47,805 bases of DNA, taken from assembly GCF_001194135.2 (NCBI RefSeq), contig NC_068989.1, positions 33,246,366 through 33,294,170 on the forward strand, in the 5' to 3' direction. Source of the stretch: Octopus bimaculoides. Lineage: Eukaryota. This document shows, one piece after another, positions 36,501 to 47,805 of the stretch (positions are counted from its first letter, which is position 1; each line of letters opens with the position of its first letter). The position numbers were made by a program, and so were the translations under genes. The notes under the pieces were generated by a model. It was not told where the DNA came from. It saw only the letters and a program-made list of their open reading frames with translations, and did not search any database.

Positions 36501-37059
36501 TATTTTCATTAGCCACAGCAAGACAGAGATCGATCAAGATAAGGATCCACAACTTAATATATAGTCATAAATGAAGAAATGTTCATTTTGTACAAGGTTA
36601 TATGCAAACAATTTTTAAAGTAGAAAAAATGCTTTGTTACTGAACAGATTGTAAGTCCAAGATTAAGAAGCAAACCCTTTCATTGGTCATTAAATAATGG
36701 TGTGAAAATAAGAATTCTTATCTCTACCATGCTGATGTAGTAGTAGACATATTTGATAATGGGAGGGGCAGGGCTGAAGTTTCCAAAGTAATTCAAGTAA
36801 AGCAAATTATCTGTGAGTCATTTGTACTATTATTTTTTATGCTACTCCACGCTGGCAGAAACAACAGATGAATAACTCATGGCAAGACACTGCATGTCTA
36901 GATTCTGCGTAGGTGTATATGATGTCCACTAAGACTGGTAACAGAAATCTACATGGCAAAATACAAAATATCAAAAAATTAAGTTGCTTCAGAGAGGTCC
37001 CCTGGGATTAGGGGCCCTGAAGCATAAGCTTCATTTGTTTTATGGTGGATCTGCCACTG
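33579..37059 (-). mobile_element. Complete-length hAT DNA transposon (3481 bp), inactivated
   Basis: TIRs CAGTGGCGGATCTAC / CAGTGGCAGATCCAC (2 mismatches). Perfect 8-bp TSD CCTATACT at 33571-78 and 37060-67. Confidence 0.95.
33956..36453 (-). pseudogene. hAT transposase pseudogene (TTF-type zinc finger + DDE + hATC dimerisation domain)
   Basis: MSSRKYLSRYQK start; RSWLVYSK zinc-finger region; LKSLSVTRWSA; FLTMPITSCEAERSSSKL..STMTEEHLNSL. Multiple stops and frameshifts. Confidence 0.9.
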
Positions 37060-37180
37060 CCTATACTTTGTTAGGACAGATTGTAAGCGGGCAGATGAAA
37101 AATGAACGGGTATGTATAAATATTTGCATCTATACACTTTGGCATGTTGTACTGAAGACAGCAAGGGGTTTTACAACCCT

Positions 37181-40100
37181 AAGCCAGAAACTGTTCACCA
37201 ACCAGTCTGGTGGACACACTAGTCAGATTGACTACATGCTTGCCAGGAAATAGGAAAGATGGCTACTTATAAATGCCAAAAGCTTCCCAGGTGATGAATG
37301 CACCCCACAACAGAGGTTAGTTGTTAGTGACTTCAGGATCTCAGCAGAATTTGAACTCAGAATGTAAAGACAGATGAGATACTGTTAAGCATTTTGCCTT
37401 GCATGCTAATAACTGTGCCAGCTTGCCACCTTTGTATGTATAAATATATTAACTCTCTCTCTCTAGTAGTTAGCAACTTCAGGATCAGGGCTAAATGGAT
37501 GCCCAGAAGACAACCAGCATGGAAAAGAAGGGTCTGGAAGCTTAAGGATCCTGTGAATGGACAGAGATTTAGAGACATTTTACTTGAAGCTTTTGATGCA
37601 AAAGAGGAAGATAGAACACAACATAATGTGGAAGACAACTGGAGGTTCCTATGGTACAACCTGTTGAGGGCTACTGACCAGATCTGTGGATGGTGCAAAG
37701 TCCCCTCTAGACCTAAGGTAACGTGGTGATGGAACAATGTAGTTGACAGGGCAATTAAGGAAAAGAAACAGGCATGGAAGGACTGGATGAGTGGTGGTAG
37801 CAAGGAACTGTATCAGATTGCCAGAAGGGAAGCTAGGAGACAGGTTTATTTAGCCAGAGGGGAAGCAGATAAGAAAAATTTTTCCAATGTTCTGCATCAT
37901 GAGGATCAAAGGCTTAAGTGTTTCATGTTGCAAGAGTGTGTGTGAGAGAGAATCGTGATGTCATAGGAGAGAAATGTATCCACATGGATGATGGCTCACT
38001 TGCATTTAATGAGGCCACAAAGAGAGCGACTTGGAGACACCACTATGAAAGGTTGCTAAATGAAGAGAATGAATGGGAAAAAGAGAGTCTGCCAAATGTC
38101 GACCCAACAGAGGGGCCAGCTATCCGAATAGACAGTACCTTGGTAGATAAAGCAATTAAGGATATGAAGACAGGGAAAGCCCCTGACCCATCAGGAGTCA
38201 CTGCAGAGATGCTTAAAATATCTGGCAGTGTAGGCTATAGTCTAGTCACCCATATAGTCAACCAGGTTATTATATATGAAGGAGTCTTACCCAATGAATG
38301 ATGTAGCAGCACCATAGTCAACTGCTATAAAGGTAAAGGTGACACATTAGATAGTGGTAATTACAGAGGTATCAAATTGTTGGATCAGGAGATGAAAGTC
38401 ATGGAGAGGGTTGTAGCCCAACTAATTAGGAAGGGAGGGAGTTTAGATTAGATGCAGTTTGGGTTCGTGCCAGGCAAAAGCACCACTGATGCTATATTTC
38501 TGGTAAGACAGTTTCAGGAGGAATTTCTAGCCAAAGATGAACCTCTGTACCTGGCTTTCAAAAACATGGGGAAAGCCTTTTTCGGGGTCCCCCGATCTCT
38601 TATCTGGTGGTCAATGCAGAAACTGGGGATAGATGAGTGGTTAGTGAGAGCTGTACAAGCCATGTACAGGGGTGTTGTTTGTAAGGTGAGGGCTGGCAAT
38701 GAGTATAGTGAAGAAATATGGGTAGGGGCAGGGGTTCACCAAGGATCAATCCTCAGCCCCCTCTTATTCATCATCATAGTCCTCCAGGCAATAACAGAAG
38801 AATTCAGGACATGATGCCTCTGGGAGCTCCTCGATGCTGCTGACCTTGCTCTAATAGCTGAGTCACTGTCAGAACTAGAGGAGAAGTTTCAGGTGTGGAA
38901 GCAAGAACTAGAATTGAAGGGCCTTAAAGTCAATCTAGCAAAAACCAAAGTCTTAGTAAGTAGGAAGGCAGACAAATCACAAATGCCTTCAGGTAGATGG
39001 CCCTGCTCAATCTGTAGAAAAGGCATAGGTAGAAACTCCATAAGATGCACCCAGTATAAGCTATGGACACATAAGAAGTACAGCAATATCATAGGAAGGT
39101 TAACTTGGAAGATAGTTTTTGCGTGTGGCAGATGCACAGGGGCAATAAACAGTGAAAATGTGCAGGAAACAGCTTCCATCACATGCCAGGGGGAAAAACT
39201 AAATGTAGTTGATAGCTTCCGTTATCTAGGTGACCAAGTCAGTTGTGGGGATGGATTCTCTGAGAGTGTAGTTGCTAGAATAAGAATAGCCTGGGCAAAG
39301 TTCAGAGAGCTCTTCCTCTGCAGGTAACAAAAGGCTTCTCGCTCAGAGTGAAAGGTAAACTGTATGATGTATGTGTGTGAACAGCCATGCTACACGGCAG
39401 TGAAACATGGGCTGTGACTGCTGAGGACATGTGTAGGCTTGAAAGAAATGAAGCTAGTATGCTGGATGTGTAATGTCAGTGTGCATACACAACAGAGTGT
39501 AAGTGCCCCGAGGGAAAAGTTGGACGTAAAAAGCATCAGGTGTAGTGAGCAAGAGAGATGACTGCACTGATATGGTCATGTGTTATGTATGGATGAGGAC
39601 AGCTGTGTGAAGTGTCACACCTTAACAGTGGAGGGAACCTGTGGAAGAGGTAGACCCAGGAAGACCTGGAATGAGGTGGTGAAGCATGATCTTTGAATGT
39701 TGGACCTCACCGAGGCAATGACAAGTGACTGAGACCTTTGGAGATATGCTGTGCTTGAGATGACCCAGCAAGCCAAGTGAGATCATAGCTGTGGTCTATG
39801 CCAGTGTCACATAACCAGCCCATTTAAGAGTACCCTTCAATCGTCAGGCAATATACTGTGCTTGAGAAGACCTGTTGAGTCAAGTGAAATCATTGTTGTA
39901 GCCAATACCAGTACTGCCTGACTAGCACCAGTGCTGGTGTCATGTAAAACGCACCATTTGAGCATACTCGATGCCAGTGCCGCTACACTGGCTCCCATGC
40001 CAGTGGCACGTAAAAAGCACCATTTGAGTGCAGTCGATGCCAGTGCTGTCTGACTGGCCCCCATGCCAGTGGCACATAAAAAGCATCAACTACACTCTTG

Positions 40101-40254
40101 GAGTGGTTGGCTTTAGGAAGGGCATCCAGTTGTAGAAACCTTGCCAGATCAGATTGGAGTTTGGTTCAGCCTCCTGGATTGCCAGTCCTCAGTCAAACCA
40201 TTCAACCCATGCCAGCATGAAAAGTGGACGTTAAATGATGATGATGATGATGAT
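37181..40254 (+). mobile_element. 5'-truncated RTE LINE (end of APE, RT, 3' UTR, (GAT)n)
   Basis: QSGGHTSQIDY; KTGKAPDPSG; NYRGIKLLDQ; MQFGFVPGKSTTDAIFLVRQ; HQGSILSPLLF; ELLDAADLAL; GRGRPRKTWNEVVKHDL. Stop at 39780, then ~66-bp UTR repeats and tail. Confidence 0.95.
37337..37463 (-). mobile_element. SINE B fragment plus (CT)6 inserted in the RTE, near-identical to 46589-46715
   Basis: Same flank TTTGTATGTATAAATATATTAA(CT)6 and same downstream RTE junction as the inverted locus. Confidence 0.9.
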
Positions 40255-41329
40255 ATATGCACATAGAGAGATATACATATAGATATGATCAATACAAAGA
40301 TATATTGATAGATATGTAGATTTATAAATGAAAGGATAGTTATGTAAATCCACACTTTTATACAATAAAGTTGAAGGCTAGGTAGAAACTTATGAGTTAT
40401 GCATTTCCATGTTGTTTAAATAACATTAAAACTAAAAATAGGCTGTGTTAAGCAGATCTAGTTTACAAAATGTATTATACACATTTTGTCTAAAATGTGC
40501 CATAGTATGACTAAAAATTCATAATGATGAGTATCTAGATATACTAGCAATAGTAATATCAGTCATCCTAAGTGTAGTACTAATGAAACTACTGTTAAAT
40601 TTCAGAAACATAATGTGAGCATTTATGCAATTGGAAATGCTGCACCTCAAATGTTTCCTAGCAAAGATATCCTCTTAACTAGAATTGTTGAATGAAAAAG
40701 TGTAACTTATAAAATCTAAGTTTCTTACTCATTACAAACAGTAAATATTGTATTAGTTCAACATTCAATATTTTTAAAAAAAGATTTACAATGCACAAAG
40801 ATACATTGAATAATAAGAAATGGATGCATTTGATATTATAAAATAAAACAGTTGAAAGTTTTGAAAAATATGTAGTCCCTAGTGAAGCCTCTCCAAGCTG
40901 AACAGTTAAAGTTAGTTAATAATGTTTAATAAAAAGAAATTGGTGTATTCAACATTCTAAACAGAGCATGTTTGGATTTTGAAATAAAGAAGAATTGACT
41001 TTAAACTTGAATGGAGTATTTTAAGTACTACTCTGTTCTATAAGAGTAACAGGTGTGGTTGCAGGTTTTGTACATACAAATTTCTTCTGTCATGAAGTAG
41101 ATGACAACCTATGAAATAGAAAAAAAAATAAAATTCTAATTAACTGTAATCAAAATTTTCAAAATATGCAAATTCTACAACCTAATAATCAAATAAAATT
41201 AGTAGGAAATCATAATTAGCATCTTGCATTAGAATTTTTTATAATCAAGCTTAGAATTATACTGGAATAATGTGAGTCTAAATATACATCCTAATAATTT
41301 TTGTTATACAATAGGACTTTTCATCATCA

Positions 41330-41600
41330 TGATCCTCATTATTATTATTATCTTCTTCTTCTTCTTCATCATCACCACCACCACCATCATCATCATTGTC
41401 ATTGTTATTATCACCATCATCAGCATTTAATCTTTGTTCTTCATGCTGGCATGGGTTAAGTGGTTTGAGGGTAGATGGTCAGCCATAAGACTGCACCAGA
41501 CTCTATCATCTTTTTTGGCATGGTTTCTACAACTGGATGCCTTTCCTAGTGCCAACCACTTTACAGAGTGTATTGGGTGCTTTTATGTGGCATCAGTGAG
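41330..41600 (-). mobile_element. RTE-type 3' tail fragment with compound triplet tail
   Basis: (ATT/CTT/ACC/ATC)n followed by CATTTAATC..CATGCTGGCATGGGTT..TTTCTACAACTGGATGCCTTTCCTAGTGCCAACCACT. Confidence 0.75.
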
Positions 41601-42599
41601 ATCACTAAGTAACTTTTGAGTTGTTCATGGGTGCTGGACCACTGACCTCTTTGACTTTGTTAGTGTCCCACTTCAATGATCTATCAAATGATACTTGGGT
41701 GGAGTGCCTGGTTGGTTGCTCAACGACCTCAGTTTCACAGTTTTTCACAGTAATGACATGAGTATGTCGAGGTGTTTTTTAGAGGGGTGCACTAGTTTTC
41801 CCTAGCATACTGTATAATTGAAGGGGTGTGCATACCCCTATTTTGGTTATGTATTTACTGACTTTTTCTTCTCTCTTTATTCTCTTATTTTATTCCTTTA
41901 TGTGTTGTAGCTCAAAGGCTGTGGCTATGCTGTGATATTGCCATTACTGTTTACTTTTGTTAATTATTTTCTATGAACAGTTTGTGCACGAACACACAAG
42001 GACACTTAGCATTGATTTTTGCCAATTAAATTTAATACATGTGAAGATACACATACAGATATAGAAATGGTGGCATTGTGAAAGGCAATATTAATAGCAA
42101 GCTTTTGTTTATTTACATATTTTTTAATATTTGCATAAAAGGAAGATAGTGTTTAGTTTCGGTTTAGCCCTGATCAATCTAATTTTTGATTAAAGACATC
42201 TAGCAATGACCAGTCTAATTTTCAGATCCAATATGGAGGGAGATTTGGCTGTTATTTCTAACAGGTCGAAGAGCCACGTGGATTATTGTTCTTTGGAGAG
42301 AAGACAGTTGAACTGGGATGTAACATCAATATTTAACTAAGACTGAATCAAGAAAATAAGTATATTTTGCTTTTATGTGTAACACAAGGCTTTCAGTAAG
42401 TGTTGACTATATTACTGGGCATTTATTTCAATATATTCAAAACAGTGTACACAGCAGACCTTACTTCAATAAACTATGTGATTAAATGTAGCCCTTAATT
42501 ACACACAGAAATGGTTTATCAACCATTTAAATGTAATAAACATCCACATTTTAATTGCTATAATTGGTAACAATATAACAAAAATTTAAACACGTTTTG

Positions 42600-42801
42600 G
42601 AAAGCGTAAAATTGGTCAGGGGAAGTAATTAGTTAGAGGGCGCAGCAACCGCTTTGCATAATTGTTTTTGTTGTTCATATGATGGCGTTGCCATAGTCTT
42701 TTAACATGCTGGTGGGACGTCACTGTTCTCCCTTCTCTGAAGAGCCTCCACTATAATATAATTGTTGCCTTTTAAATCCTGGATAGTGCATATTTCTAAC
42801 G
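42600..42801 (+). promoter_or_regulatory. Putative promoter/5' UTR of MINDY3-like gene
   Basis: Directly upstream of the ATG, with locally more CpG, a GACGTCA (CRE-like) site and an ATGGCG (YY1-like core). Inference only. Confidence 0.4.
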
Positions 42802-42907
42802 ATGGCTTCCAGGGAGACTAAACTGGATCCTAATCTTCTGCAAGCCACACGGAAATTATTGTGGGGAAATAGAGTGAAAGAGGAAGTGTTTTCGCGTTGG
42901 TCACAAG
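42802..42907 (+). CDS. MINDY3: First coding exon of MINDY-3 (FAM188A) K48-deubiquitinase-like gene
   Basis: MASRETKLDPNLLQATRKLLWGNRVKEEVFSRWSQ-G|GTGAGC resembles the MINDY3 N-terminus (LVWG...IFCRWTQG). The phase-1 donor falls at the codon where, from recall, vertebrate exon 1 ends. Exon 2 (GF.FS...GGPCAVIAPVQ) was not seen in the window. Confidence 0.75.
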
Positions 42908-43179
42908 GTGAGCTCTTTAGTAAAATAAATTTATCAGTTATAATTATATATATATATATTCGAATAGTTGTGTGTGTATTTTACACGTACTTATTCTTTG
43001 CCTTATTATACCATACATTTTCATTGGGATTATATTGATACTTTCTCTTGAGATAAAGTTAGATATGTTGACATTTACGTATGAAATAGATATAGATTTG
43101 ACATACAGCGTTTTATAGATGATGCGCTTGATCACGTTTTTTCTGATATGCATATATATAAACAATATATGTACATATC

Positions 43180-43233
<54 letters not shown>

Positions 43234-43774
43234 AGTTGTCTAAGAATCCACAGTGAATAAGTAGACTTGTAAACGTACAATAGATGAACACCGGATTAGT
43301 GATCGGACGAGTCTGGGTTTTTTAAATTCAACTTCTTAATCAGAATGGAAATATTTCCACGAAACAAGAGTTGGCTATAAGGAATATCTAGCTCGAGCAT
43401 GTACTAAAGCGATAAAAAAATTGGCGAATGCGTATATGTGGCATTGTATCGTTTATAAAAGATGTACATACATAGATATATTTGGCGAAGAAAAAATTGT
43501 AGTTCCTCGCCAAATACATCTATGATTACGTTTGTATAATATCTTTTTTAAATTATATATAGTTATATATAGGTGCTTGTCCATCTTTTATCTCTGTGTG
43601 TGTGTGTGTATATATATATGCATGAATGAATGAGTTTGCTCTCTCGGAGGGCTTCGAACACAATCATTATCTGTACACCGAAGTCTCGTGCTGCAGTGAA
43701 ATGCACACACACACACACGTATATACATACACAAACACACATCATCCATACATAGATACATACTCACACACACA

Positions 43775-45420
43775 TATTCGCTGAAATACCCGGTGTTGCC
43801 CGAGTTCAGGTCTCCGAGAATTAACCTTAACACCGCAAAGTAAATTATTTAACACATAGTAAATATTTTGGATAAGCTCCCACCGAATTTTCGGACTAAG
43901 TAATTTTTAAGAATATTCTTTCAGATATTCATATTTTAAACAGATGCGATTACCAATTCTGCAAAATATTGTACTCAAATTCAAATCTCTTTAATCTCCC
44001 AATTTCTGTTTAAAGTTATCTTAGTAATTTTAAATCGAAAACCTACGCCTAAGCGTTAACAACAAACTCTAACTTTAAATTCTTCTCCTTAGTCCTTACC
44101 TTTAAACCTTAACTCTAAACCCAGTTCTTAGCTTATTCCTTAAACTTAGACCCTAATATTGACACTAACCCTATTTTTTGTGTGTGTAGAATCGCAGTCT
44201 TTTATGTTCAAAACCTACACTATATCTTGACAAAAATTTGAAAATGACAAAGTTACTGCTAAGTATGTACTTTGAAGTGGATCAAAAAATCGATAAGAAA
44301 TTGTAGTTTTTAAAAACATTTTTATTTGCAGAATTGTAATTTCGGTCCAGATGGAGTATATGTAATCTGAACTTTTCTCCCCTTTTTTTAATTATTTTTT
44401 TTTTTTTACGGAATCCCACGTTTTAGGCTATGGAGATTCCGATTCTGAAAAAAAATTTTCAAAAATCTCAAATTCAAAGTTTCGACCCCCCACCCCCACC
44501 CATTTCCTCATTTAAAAATATTTTNNNNNNNNNNNNNNNNNNNNNNNNNNNNNNNNNNNNNNNNNNNNNNNNNNNNNNNNNNNNNNNNNNNNNNNNNNNN
44601 NNNNNNNNNNNNNNNNNNNNNNNNNNNNNNNNNNNNNNNNNNNNNNNNNNNNNNNNNNNNNNNNNNNNNNNNNNNNNNNNNNNNNNNNNNNNNNNNNNNN
44701 NNNNNNNNNNNNNNNNNNNNNNNNNNNNNNNNNNNNNNNNNNNNNNNNNNNNNNNNNNNNNNNNNNNNNNNNNNNNNNNNNNNNNNNNNNNNNNNNNNNN
44801 NNNNNNNNNNNNNNNNNNNNNNNNNNNNNNNNNNNNNNNNNNNNNNNNNNNNNNNNNNNNNNNNNNNNNNNNNNNNNNNNNNNNNNNNNNNNNNNNNNNN
44901 NNNNNNNNNNNNNNNNNNNNNNNNNNNNNNNNNNNNNNNNNNNNNNNNNNNNNNNNNNNNNNNNNNNNNNNNNNNNNNNNNNNNNNNNNNNNNNNGCCGA
45001 CTATATAAACAAACGATTCTGAAACAATTCTATCGGTGATAGGGTAAGGGTTAGGGCAAAACAGCAAATTTAAAAAGAAAAAAAGCAAATAAAACGAAGA
45101 AAAAAAAAAGAAAAGAAAAAAAGCAAATAAAACGAAGTTATGGCTTAATCAGCCAAAGGAGTAAATGTAAACAACTGAATACTTGTCAGTGATTGGTTGA
45201 AATTATCGAAATAAGACAATTTTTTATATGAAATAAATTCGAATACAAAAATATTTTTCTGTTCTATAACAGAAAATAGATAAGTATACGAAGTTTGAAA
45301 GTCTTTTGGTACCAAAAACACTACGTAAAACATTAATGAAAAATGTGGCCCCCGTTTTAAAAAAGATCCTAATACTGAATGACAAAATTTTAACCATTAC
45401 TTCAATATGGAACATCTAAG
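43775..45420. mobile_element. Candidate non-autonomous Helitron/Helentron-like element (spans a gap)
   Basis: Begins GCTGAAATACCCGGTGTTGCCCG, like non-autonomous Helitron 5' ends from recall. Degenerate (CCTAAC)n-like tract at 44040-44175 and AGGGTAAGGGTTAGGG at ~45041-45056. No 3' hairpin/CTRR end identified. Confidence 0.3.
44525..44995. other. Assembly gap
   Basis: N run. Confidence 1.
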
Positions 45421-45564
45421 TTCCTGCAAAGAATAATGCAGTATGAGTCTGTGAAGTAACACTTCAGGTGGTTCTTGGCTTTTGAGAAACTCGTTGGTAT
45501 AGTTCAGTTCCTTTTGAATTTAAAATAGGGTCTACAAACTTATACACAAGTACAAAGCCATGCA

Positions 45565-46588
45565 ACTGTTGATTCACCATGGCACGAACCCAAACTGCAT
45601 CTAATCTAAACTGACTCTCTCCCTAATTAGTTGGGCTATGACCCTCTCCGTGACCTCCATTACCTGATCCAACAACTTGATACCTCTGTAATTATTTGTA
45701 TCTAAAGCGTCACCTTTACCTTTGTAGCAGTTGACTATGGTGCTGCTACATCCGTCATTGAGTATGATTCCTTCATGTATCACCTGGTTAACTATTCAGG
45801 TGACTAGGCTATAGCCAACACCTCCAGATATTTTGAGCATCTCTGCTGTGATTCCTGATGGGCTAGGGGCTTTCCCTGTCTTTATACTCTAAATTGCTTT
45901 ATCTATCAATGTACTGTCAATTCAGATGGCTGGTCCCTCTGTTGGGTCGACATTTGGCAGACTCTCTTTCTCCCATTCATTCTGTTTATTGAGCAACCTT
46001 TCATAGTGGCATCTCCAAGTCTATCTCTTTGCAGCCTCGTTTAGTGCAAGTGAACCATCATCCATGTGGACACATTTCTCTCCTACAACATCGCGATTCT
46101 CTCTCACATGCTGTTTTGCAACACGAAATACTTCAAGTTTTTGGTCCTCACAGCGCAGAACATTGGCAAATTTTTTCTCATCTGCTTCCCCTCTGGCTAA
46201 ATAAACCTGTCTCCTAGCTTCCCTTCTGGCAGTCTGATACAATTCCCTGCTACCACCGTTCTTCCAGTCCTTCCAAGCCTGTTTCTTTTGTCTAATAGCC
46301 CTGTCAACCACATTGTTCTACCACCACGTTACCTGGGGTCGAGAGGGGACTTTGCACCATCCACAGATCTGGTCAGTGGCTCTCAGCAGGTTGTCCCGTA
46401 GAAAAACCTCCAGTTGTCTTCCACATTATGTGATGCTATATCCCCTTCTATTTCGTGAAAGGCTTCGAGTAATACGTCTCTAAATCTCTGTCCATTTGCA
46501 GGATCTTTAAGCTTCCAGACCATTCTCCTCCATGCTGGTTGTCTTCTGGACATCTATTTAGCCCTGATCCTGAAGTTGCTAACTACTA
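45565..46588 (-). mobile_element. RTE LINE internal fragment in MINDY3 intron 1, inverted relative to 37464-38470
   Basis: VVSNFRIRAK..WKLKDP..NNYRGIKLLDQVMEVTERVIAQLIRERVSLD*MQFGFVP. Truncated at both ends. Confidence 0.95.
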
Positions 46589-46620
46589 GAGAGAGAGAGT
46601 TAATATATTTATACATACAA

Positions 46621-46775
46621 AGGTGGCAAGCTGGCAGAATTATTAGCATGCAAGGCAGAATGCTTAATAGTATCTCATCTGTCTTTACATTCTGAGTTCA
46701 AATTCTGCTGAGATCAACTTTGCCTTTCATCATTTCGGGATTGATAAAATAAAGTACAAGTCAGTGATACTGACT
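46621..46775 (+). mobile_element. SINE family B
   Basis: GGTGGCAAGCTGGCAGAAT..TTCTGAGTTCAAATTC (B-box-like)..CTTTGCCTTTCATC..GATAAAATAAAGTAC. Confidence 0.85.
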
Positions 46776-46839
46776 AACCTCCACTCCTTAACGTTGCTGG
46801 CCTTGAATCTAAATCAGAAACAATTGTCATTGTTGTCTG

Positions 46840-47060
46840 ATTATTAAACACTGGATCTTTTGGGTGCTACTTCAGAATCAAGACATTTCAAAAACATCTC
46901 CATAATTGTTTTATCTGTCACACTGTATTCAGAATGAATTACTGATTACTCTGTAAGGTCTGCATGTGGTAGCTCCTTTTCATCCCATGGATTCTCCATG
47001 CTCAATAGTCTCTCATAATAATAGTACATTTATGTCATTTGTCTCCCACAGCCATTGCAA
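46840..47060 (-). mobile_element. Old RTE fragment
   Basis: Degenerate YYERLL.MENPWDEKELPHAD (cf. YERLLNEENEWEKESLPNVD at ~38040). Confidence 0.45.
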
Positions 47061-47064
47061 ATAT

Positions 47065-47412
47065 GCCTTATTCAATTTGAATGTGTTTCTTCAACACACT
47101 ATGCTGCAAAGCTCTTCCTTTTTCCCTCCAGTTGATGTCGATTTGAAAGCTGTTTTAGAATGTCATTATTTTGGCAGCTAGAGTATGTGCTAGTTTTAAT
47201 TTTCATTCTATGATGATTTCACTTAGTGGTTTTGTGTTGGTTCTCATTAGAATGTATTCATTGGCTATGTGGTCTTGCCATTGTCAGAATCCTTCTCAAG
47301 CATCTTTTGTGAAACACATCTACCTTTCCGTTGATTTTCATGGTGCTCTTCCAAGTATCACTGGCATAGAGAACTTGGTAGAACTAAACTACTATAGAGC
47401 CAGGAATGTCAT
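47065..47412 (-). mobile_element. RTE-clade LINE C-terminal fragment (distinct subfamily)
   Basis: VLPSSLYASDTWKSTMKINGKVDVFHKRCLRRIL..ANEYILMRTNTKPLSEII. Confidence 0.6.
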
Positions 47413-47805
47413 TTAGTTAGAAATATTTCGTTTAGGCTTTCTAAGTTATCAGCTAATTGTGTTGTTTTCGATAATGAAGCTTTAAATAGGGCTGGTTTTA
47501 AAGATAAGGTTTATTATGTTAAACCTGAATTTGGTGAGGTTAGAGTAGATAGGGATGTTAGGAATAATAAGGTTAGGTTGGTTAGGAAGTAATAATAAAA
47601 AAATTTATGATCATAGATATACTCGTAATAATGTCATGCGTAATTCTAAATGTTTTAGGTATTTTGCAAAAGGCTTTAATAATATTAATAATGGTTATCT
47701 TTGGTTTATTTTACCATTTGGTAAAAATATTAAGTCGAATTTGGTAGCTCAGTTTAGGGAGATAATTAGTAAGCATTTCCCTGCAAATTCACGTTACGGT
47801 AAAAT
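47413..47805 (+). mobile_element. Penelope-like element fragment (RT-to-GIY-YIG linker), runs off window
   Basis: RNISFRLSKLSAN..FDNEA..LNRAGFK; LWFILPFGKNIKSNLVAQFREIISKHFPANSRYGKI (cf. IWFNPPFSKNVKTN..IDKHFP). Confidence 0.7.

Noticed and set aside
37318-37486. Ordinary SINE retrotransposition with a 23-bp TSD
   Set aside because: The insert lacks the SINE 3' end, carries unique flank from 46.6 kb, and the two repeats differ at 3 of 23 positions while the insert is ~97% identical to that locus.
45073-45137. Direct repeat AAGAAAAAAAGCAAATAAAACGAAG x2
   Set aside because: Low-complexity and close to a gap; probably slippage or an assembly artefact.

Overview
Repeat-saturated, AT-rich animal genomic DNA. 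It is most likely an octopus or other cephalopod; this is inferred from the SINE and RTE families I recognise, not from a search. There are three N-gaps. The only confidently recognised host coding sequence is the first coding exon of a MINDY3/FAM188A-like deubiquitinase (42802-42907, +). The rest is largely decayed transposons: a HERO-like RLE non-LTR element, many RTE-clade LINE pieces with (GAT)n tails, two SINE families, mariner (DD34D) and maT (DD37D) relics, a complete Mag-type Gypsy with LTRs and TSD, a CsRN1-type Gypsy, three related ~1-kb-type LTRs (two solo with TSDs), a complete hAT with TIRs and an 8-bp TSD, a MULE-like MITE and a Penelope fragment. Four observations stand out. (1) A 187-bp SINE-(CT)n-RTE junction is ~97% identical between two inverted, otherwise ~83% identical RTE copies that flank MINDY3 exon 1, which looks like ectopic templated repair or gene conversion. 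(2) An unidentified exon-intron-exon module occurs in three decayed copies with conserved splice sites. (3) Three LTRs of one family cluster in alternating orientation. (4) A double fold-back insertion sits inside the HERO ORF. Family assignments come from motif recall and by-eye translation; no database searches were run, and identities are by-eye estimates.
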